Sequence record: LC768500.1
Length of the DNA stretch: 64,000 nucleotides
Reading direction: 5' to 3' (one strand)
Shown: piece by piece, positions 59,034-64,000 of the stretch
Layout: each line of letters begins with the position of its first letter
Numbering within the stretch: position 1 is the stretch's first letter
Notes under the pieces: model-generated
The model's database searches: none
What the model was told of the DNA's origin: nothing
Seen by the model: the letters and a program-made list of their open reading frames with translations, nothing else
Made by a program: the position numbers and the translations under genes

Positions 59034-59057
59034 CCTATTTTGCATTTGAGAGGATTT

Positions 59058-60131
59058 ATGTCTACCCCTTACACTCAAAAAGGCATGTCCATGTCTCTCG
59101 CAGAAGAATACGAGGGAGATAAAAAGAAATTAGATCGTTACATTGAAGGTACTCCTGATAACGTAGGGCGGTATAAAAAAGTAGCGTCAGTTATTGGTAA
59201 AGAGCCCGGCCATCTTACTGTCGATAAAGATACGGGAGACAATACCGCCGGCACAGAAGAATTTGATATCGACGAAGCCGTTCTTAATTTCCCAGAAGAT
59301 GAGAATGTTGCTGGGATGGAAGACTTCGTAGAGTTTGCCAAGAAGGCAATAGTTCGATTAATGCGAATGATCAAGAATGCAGCTATCTTCATCTACGAGC
59401 TCGTCTTTAACAAGATTAGCCGCATTAAACACATTGCTCGTAAAGCAGAATATCAATTAAGAACACAGAGCCTAATACCCACTACCGTGCCTTACCCCAA
59501 AGGGACGCGTAAGATATTCATAGGACCGGCTTTACAGCTCAATGCTAACTGGACCCTTAAAAGCATTCAACAGGTCCAACTGTTTTACACCAGACTGATG
59601 AAAGCGCACGGTAATTTATTGGATGCGGCTAAATCGGGTAATTGGAGAAACAACCCTAATTTCATTTTTGAAACAGCGGCGACGTTCGCCAATGAAATTT
59701 GCCAGAATCATCACAGTGATTATTCTGAAACCCAAGTTCTCCCAGGCGGGAAAATCTACAGAGTGAATTATTCCAAAGGCAGTGGAAAAAATCGTCCTGG
59801 CGTTTCCCTTAGCCAGAAACTCTCCGTTCAACTTAATGATAAATCCTTTAAGCCGGATAGAGCGATTGCTGACGACCTCATGACGGCCCTGCAAGGATTC
59901 GCAGATAAGATCGGTAACGATCATCGCAGTCAAACCAGCACTTCCAGAAAAATGGAAGCGGCGATAAGAGACCTGGAACGTTATTATATCGATCCTGAGG
60001 CAAAACGCCATGCGGCGGCTTACTTCACTTGGTTGATTGATTTCCAACGTACGGTTCTGAGCACCGGTCTTCAGTATGTTTTCGGAACCCTGTTCGGTTA
60101 TGCTGAATTCATTTCGGCTAATGTTAAGTAG
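59058..60131 (+). CDS. head protein of cleaved paralog family
   Basis: AGTE and AGME-DFV motifs plus amphipathic helix. Confidence 0.65.
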   Translation: MSTPYTQKGMSMSLAEEYEGDKKKLDRYIEGTPDNVGRYKKVASVIGKEPGHLTVDKDTGDNTAGTEEFDIDEAVLNFPEDENVAGMEDFVEFAKKAIVRLMRMIKNAAIFIYELVFNKISRIKHIARKAEYQLRTQSLIPTTVPYPKGTRKIFIGPALQLNANWTLKSIQQVQLFYTRLMKAHGNLLDAAKSGNWRNNPNFIFETAATFANEICQNHHSDYSETQVLPGGKIYRVNYSKGSGKNRPGVSLSQKLSVQLNDKSFKPDRAIADDLMTALQGFADKIGNDHRSQTSTSRKMEAAIRDLERYYIDPEAKRHAAAYFTWLIDFQRTVLSTGLQYVFGTLFGYAEFISANVK

Positions 60132-60139
60132 AGGTAGTT

Positions 60140-60550
60140 ATGTCAGCTGGTGTTATTAGCAAGAACATGTGGGTGAGTCTACTCTCTAAAGCCCTCAACG
60201 CCGATGCAAGTGTATTAGAATCTCAGACGTTTGTTTTTTCGCCGAGTAGCTCTGACGACCTAGTTAGAATTAGCGACGTTAGAGGTCCCGATTCCCCCGT
60301 TGTAATGAAGAAGTTTGATTTCGGCAAACTCACCTACGGGAGAAAGTTCGACGTTCGGCACATTCTTCAGGATTCTGAAAACAAAACAGCCGATGAGATT
60401 TTTGACTATTGGAAGAAATTGGTGCGACTCGATGACCTTGATCGCGGCGAGGTTGATTTGGTTAAAGACGAGTCGATCCTTTATATCTATTTCAAATCTT
60501 CATCTATCTGTTTCAAAGGAAGCGTTGAGGTGACGTATGCGGATCGGTAA
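60140..60550 (+). CDS. hypothetical virion-associated protein
   Basis: SD GAGGT; C-terminus resembles N-terminal region of 61884 ORF (S.L..KGS). Confidence 0.6.
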   Translation: MSAGVISKNMWVSLLSKALNADASVLESQTFVFSPSSSDDLVRISDVRGPDSPVVMKKFDFGKLTYGRKFDVRHILQDSENKTADEIFDYWKKLVRLDDLDRGEVDLVKDESILYIYFKSSSICFKGSVEVTYADR

Positions 60551-61877
60551 TTATTTATTTCAAAACATACGTACCGCTTTGACCCTATTAGGTATTGTGT
60601 TTCAGATTCAAACGAGGAAACCTACTCAAGAAGAGTCAGATATTCTCGTTAACGGATTCAGGGAACTTGACGTTTCGCCTGCAGTTTATCAAGAAAACGC
60701 ATTACTGGCCTTACAGCTAGTGATTAAACGTTATATAGAGGATCTGGAAGCGTCCTTCTATGAACTTAGTCAATTGCACGGATTAGTCCCAAAATCTCTT
60801 CATAACGTGTTAGGGGAGCTTATAGAGGGAATTAGGAAAACAAACAGCGACGACCTTGTGGAATATTTCGATGAGGGGTTGTTAAAAGAACAATCCATTC
60901 GTAGTTTGTTTACACCTATCCCTGAAGACGAACTGGTCGAATCGGAACATTACGAGACGCTCAAAAGCATTTATAACGAAACCGTTACCAATCTCCTCAA
61001 CGAATTGGAAGAGGACATTGATCCTTCGATTCTTCCGGTAATAGAAGATGGAGTACGCGATCTTAATTTGATCGAATTTATTTTACAGTATTTCGAATTG
61101 TCTAATTACGACAATGTCTCGGAGGAAGAGATGAAATATAGTCAGGTTAAAGCCAAGCTTGATGAAATTGAAACTGCGGTCATTAGCGGGGCGGAAGAAT
61201 TCAAAACGCTCATTAATGATTCTCCAGTATCGGGAATGGAAGCGGGGTTCGTCGATACCGTTAAAGCCGGGATTGCCAAAGTCGTTGACACCATCAAAAC
61301 CGCACTGAAAACCCTTCTCGATTTCTTTGCTGGACGTAAGAAAGATGCTGCTAGTCAGATCGCAGATATCAAAGAGAAGTTCAATAAACAAATCGAAGAT
61401 CTAAAGGCCGCTGGTAACGATAAGCTTGAGATCGATCAAGAGAATATCAAGAAAACCATTGATATGTTGGAGAAGGCTGATCTTAGCGAAGTCGCCAATC
61501 ATTTCAAAGGGGTGAACGATGCAACAGGTGCTATCTCAGCGTACACCGCGGCATTGTCTGATCTGGAAAAACTCTGCAAGCCGGATGACGCCGATAAACA
61601 ATTGGGGGATACGCAAAGTAAACTCAATGAACTTTCCGGGACTCAGGTCAACGTGAACAACGACGCGCCAGCAGAAGAGAAGTCAACCCTGAAAGAGGTC
61701 GTTGGTGAGCGCACCAAAGCTCTACAAGAGAAGTTCGCAGAAGCCAAAGAGAGTGTGAAGAATTTTATCAAACCTCTGTCCGCTATGGAGCGTCTCAATA
61801 GTACTCTGGGTAAAGTCATCAAAAAGAAATCAGAGAAGGAAGAAAAAGTCTCTGGTAACGAAGCCTGGATGGAGTAA
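60537..61877 (+). CDS. head protein with long acidic N-region and SGME cleavage site
   Basis: SGAE, SGME-AGFVDTVK, C-terminal VSGNEAWME. Confidence 0.65.
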   Translation: MRIGNYLFQNIRTALTLLGIVFQIQTRKPTQEESDILVNGFRELDVSPAVYQENALLALQLVIKRYIEDLEASFYELSQLHGLVPKSLHNVLGELIEGIRKTNSDDLVEYFDEGLLKEQSIRSLFTPIPEDELVESEHYETLKSIYNETVTNLLNELEEDIDPSILPVIEDGVRDLNLIEFILQYFELSNYDNVSEEEMKYSQVKAKLDEIETAVISGAEEFKTLINDSPVSGMEAGFVDTVKAGIAKVVDTIKTALKTLLDFFAGRKKDAASQIADIKEKFNKQIEDLKAAGNDKLEIDQENIKKTIDMLEKADLSEVANHFKGVNDATGAISAYTAALSDLEKLCKPDDADKQLGDTQSKLNELSGTQVNVNNDAPAEEKSTLKEVVGERTKALQEKFAEAKESVKNFIKPLSAMERLNSTLGKVIKKKSEKEEKVSGNEAWME

Positions 61878-61883
61878 AGAGAA

Positions 61884-62672
61884 ATGATTAATTCTGCTTT
61901 CACTCCCGGATTTTTAGCAGTGTTGGGTTCGCAATACACTCTTACTGATATCCAATCTGTAGACGACACCACGAGTGAACTCAAAGCAACTTTAGGGGAA
62001 ACTCCAAAAACCTTTAGATTCCCAAAAATGGATATTGGGGATATGTTTGTCGGCGCTCCCCTTATCAGCTTTGGCACTCCCGGTGAGCTCATTAACGACG
62101 TGATCGCCAGAGCCATGAACCATCATGAAGCTGGATTAGTTAGCGGCGTGGATTTCGATTTAGGTGAAGAGCAATTAGATTTCCAAGAAGGTACAAGCGT
62201 TTACCTTAATGTTAAGATACTCTCTTCATCTTTGATGTACAAAGGGAGCTTCGGACTAACCATTTATCGTGCTGACCTGTCGCCGCTCACCCAACCCATT
62301 GAACGTGATCTGACATCAACGATTCCTGATTACTCTTCACTGGACTGGATGGTGTATCTCAGTACTCGGATTTTTAATGTCGAGTACGATATTGAAATCG
62401 GCGATGTCATTCCTGAGTCTTGGAAAACCCCACTGTGGCCATTGCTTTACACCATGGATCAGGCTTTCAATATCGACGATGTGTTGGACGCGATTACGGG
62501 TTCCGAAGTGCTGGAAAAATACACGGATGAAATTTCCAACCTGTCGGTGATCAAGTTAGAGAGCGGAGAACTCACCCTTCGGTACACCTTTGACAAGACC
62601 CAGACCGTAACCTACATTACCGATTTTGAACTCCCCGGCGACCCAGCTATCACTGACGCGTTACTCCCTTAA
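61884..62672 (+). CDS. hypothetical protein
   Basis: 262-aa ORF. Confidence 0.7.
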   Translation: MINSAFTPGFLAVLGSQYTLTDIQSVDDTTSELKATLGETPKTFRFPKMDIGDMFVGAPLISFGTPGELINDVIARAMNHHEAGLVSGVDFDLGEEQLDFQEGTSVYLNVKILSSSLMYKGSFGLTIYRADLSPLTQPIERDLTSTIPDYSSLDWMVYLSTRIFNVEYDIEIGDVIPESWKTPLWPLLYTMDQAFNIDDVLDAITGSEVLEKYTDEISNLSVIKLESGELTLRYTFDKTQTVTYITDFELPGDPAITDALLP

Positions 62673-62677
62673 CAACG

Positions 62678-62706
62678 AGAATCTGGCCCCAGAAAGGCCA
62701 GATTCT
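62678..62706. terminator. hairpin
   Basis: 11-bp stem AGAATCTGGCC/GGCCAGATTCT. Confidence 0.65.
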
Positions 62707-62741
62707 ATGACCTTATATTTTTAATAGAAGAGGACGTTATT

Positions 62742-64000
62742 GTGCTCAGAACGTTTGTAAAGGCAGGGGAAACGTACCGTAACGCTCTTTATCCTGCAAT
62801 CATCGAATCCCTTCGTCGGGTTTTAGAATTCTACTCGCTGACAGGGATTGACAAAGTGTATTTCAACGGCGATGCAGAAGTCTCTAAGCAACTTTTTTCT
62901 GACATCGATAGTGGAGTAAGGGCGGACAGACAAACCGATTTCAAATTAATCAATAAACTTTATATCGTCACCGAAGAGCAACCTTCCGTCTTTAACAATG
63001 GTTACGGTAATGCCCAGAGAACGATTACCAACAGACCGGTGTGGAAGACGGACGACGATAAAGTTATGATCATCCCTACCTACGATGGAAGAGAGATCAC
63101 GGTTGATGTTAACGCCCACTTCAGGACAAGGCAAGAAGCCCGTAATTTCCGTAACAGTTTAGAGCAGGCTAGAAATCGTCAGGCTAACGACCTTAATTTC
63201 AACGCCCACGTCCATTACCCGCTGAACCTGGAAATTATCTACTTCCTTACCACCATTCACAAACGGTTAGTGAACGCAGGCCAGGTTACCGATGAGTTTG
63301 CCCCATGGTTCTTTAAGAATGCGTGCATGCCATTCACCACGATAACTAACCCGGCCGGGAATAACACTCAGGTCGTTTTACAACAAAGACGTGATGAGAT
63401 TGGGATATTCTTTGAAGAACCCACTATTGCGTTGACCCGTAAATCCAACGAATATCTGGGCCGGTACGAAGTTTCTTTCCGTTATAAGTTCTACTGGAAC
63501 GAACAGACCGATTGGGACTTGCGTTACCCTCTAATGATCTATCAACAGCCGTTAGATCAAATGTACATGCCTAAACCTCAGTTGGGTTACCGGAATGGGT
63601 TTAACCCCCATGCTTTTGTAGAGTTGGGTATGATTAACTTGTTGCTGAAAAGCAGGACAAAACATTCACCTTACTATCAGCGAATTCCGGAATACGACAT
63701 GTGGGTTCCACCAGGACAACGTTGGTTAGACACGCAGTTAACAATCGCGATTACGGTTCGAGACGAGGCGAACGTCCCTCTTATTAATATCGTTAATGAT
63801 ATTCCTAATTGGACCTGGGATGACGACTTCTTGGAACACATGTTAAAGTATCGCGAAAACCTCTTCACCCGCCATGAAGACATTTTCCATATTCAGGTTT
63901 ATTCTGATGACATTTTAGTGCTTCCAGAACAACTCAGTATGGATGAGGAAGGGAACATACTTCTTAATCGTAAACCGACGATGGGTAATGTATATCGGGT
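62742..64000 (+). CDS. probable virion structural protein, runs off the window end (not in ORF track)
   Basis: GTG with GAGGA SD; translated start and end are in the same open frame (MLRTFVK...MGNVYR). Confidence 0.75.
   Translation, partial: MLRTFVKAGETYRNALYPAIIESLRRVLEFYSLTGIDKVYFNGDAEVSKQLFSDIDSGVRADRQTDFKLINKLYIVTEEQPSVFNNGYGNAQRTITNRPVWKTDDDKVMIIPTYDGREITVDVNAHFRTRQEARNFRNSLEQARNRQANDLNFNAHVHYPLNLEIIYFLTTIHKRLVNAGQVTDEFAPWFFKNACMPFTTITNPAGNNTQVVLQQRRDEIGIFFEEPTIALTRKSNEYLGRYEVSFRYKFYWNEQTDWDLRYPLMIYQQPLDQMYMPKPQLGYRNGFNPHAFVELGMINLLLKSRTKHSPYYQRIPEYDMWVPPGQRWLDTQLTIAITVRDEANVPLINIVNDIPNWTWDDDFLEHMLKYRENLFTRHEDIFHIQVYSDDILVLPEQLSMDEEGNILLNRKPTMGNVYR

Overview
64 kb of a nucleus-forming phiKZ-like jumbo phage (Chimalliviridae), probably enterobacterial judging by codon bias. 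The left end carries an untrimmed Illumina adapter. The window covers the core block (PhuZ tubulin, split B-family DNA polymerase, chimallin, non-virion RNA polymerase subunits, SbcD/Mre11 nuclease, ChmC-like and PicA/Imp1-like proteins, SF2 helicase), one virion RNAP beta' part, baseplate genes and the inner-head/ejection protein cluster. phiKZ gp equivalences come from recalled motifs and synteny, not a database search. Main signals the ORF track does not show: (1) the catalytic NADFDGD motif of nvRNAP beta' is split by TWO tandem group I introns, leaving a 12-nt micro-exon (DFDG); a third group I intron splits the beta QGAKG motif. (2) A complete hammerhead ribozyme (1512-1584) sits directly upstream of ~600 nt of densely base-paired non-coding sequence. 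(3) Two head-protein genes 33 kb apart share an exact 56-nt inverted leader cassette with divergent payloads, one apparently frameshifted. (4) An SSB-tail mimic, an unlisted 41-aa membrane protein, and a sequence-conserved family of long hairpins. No tRNA, rRNA or CRISPR array was found.
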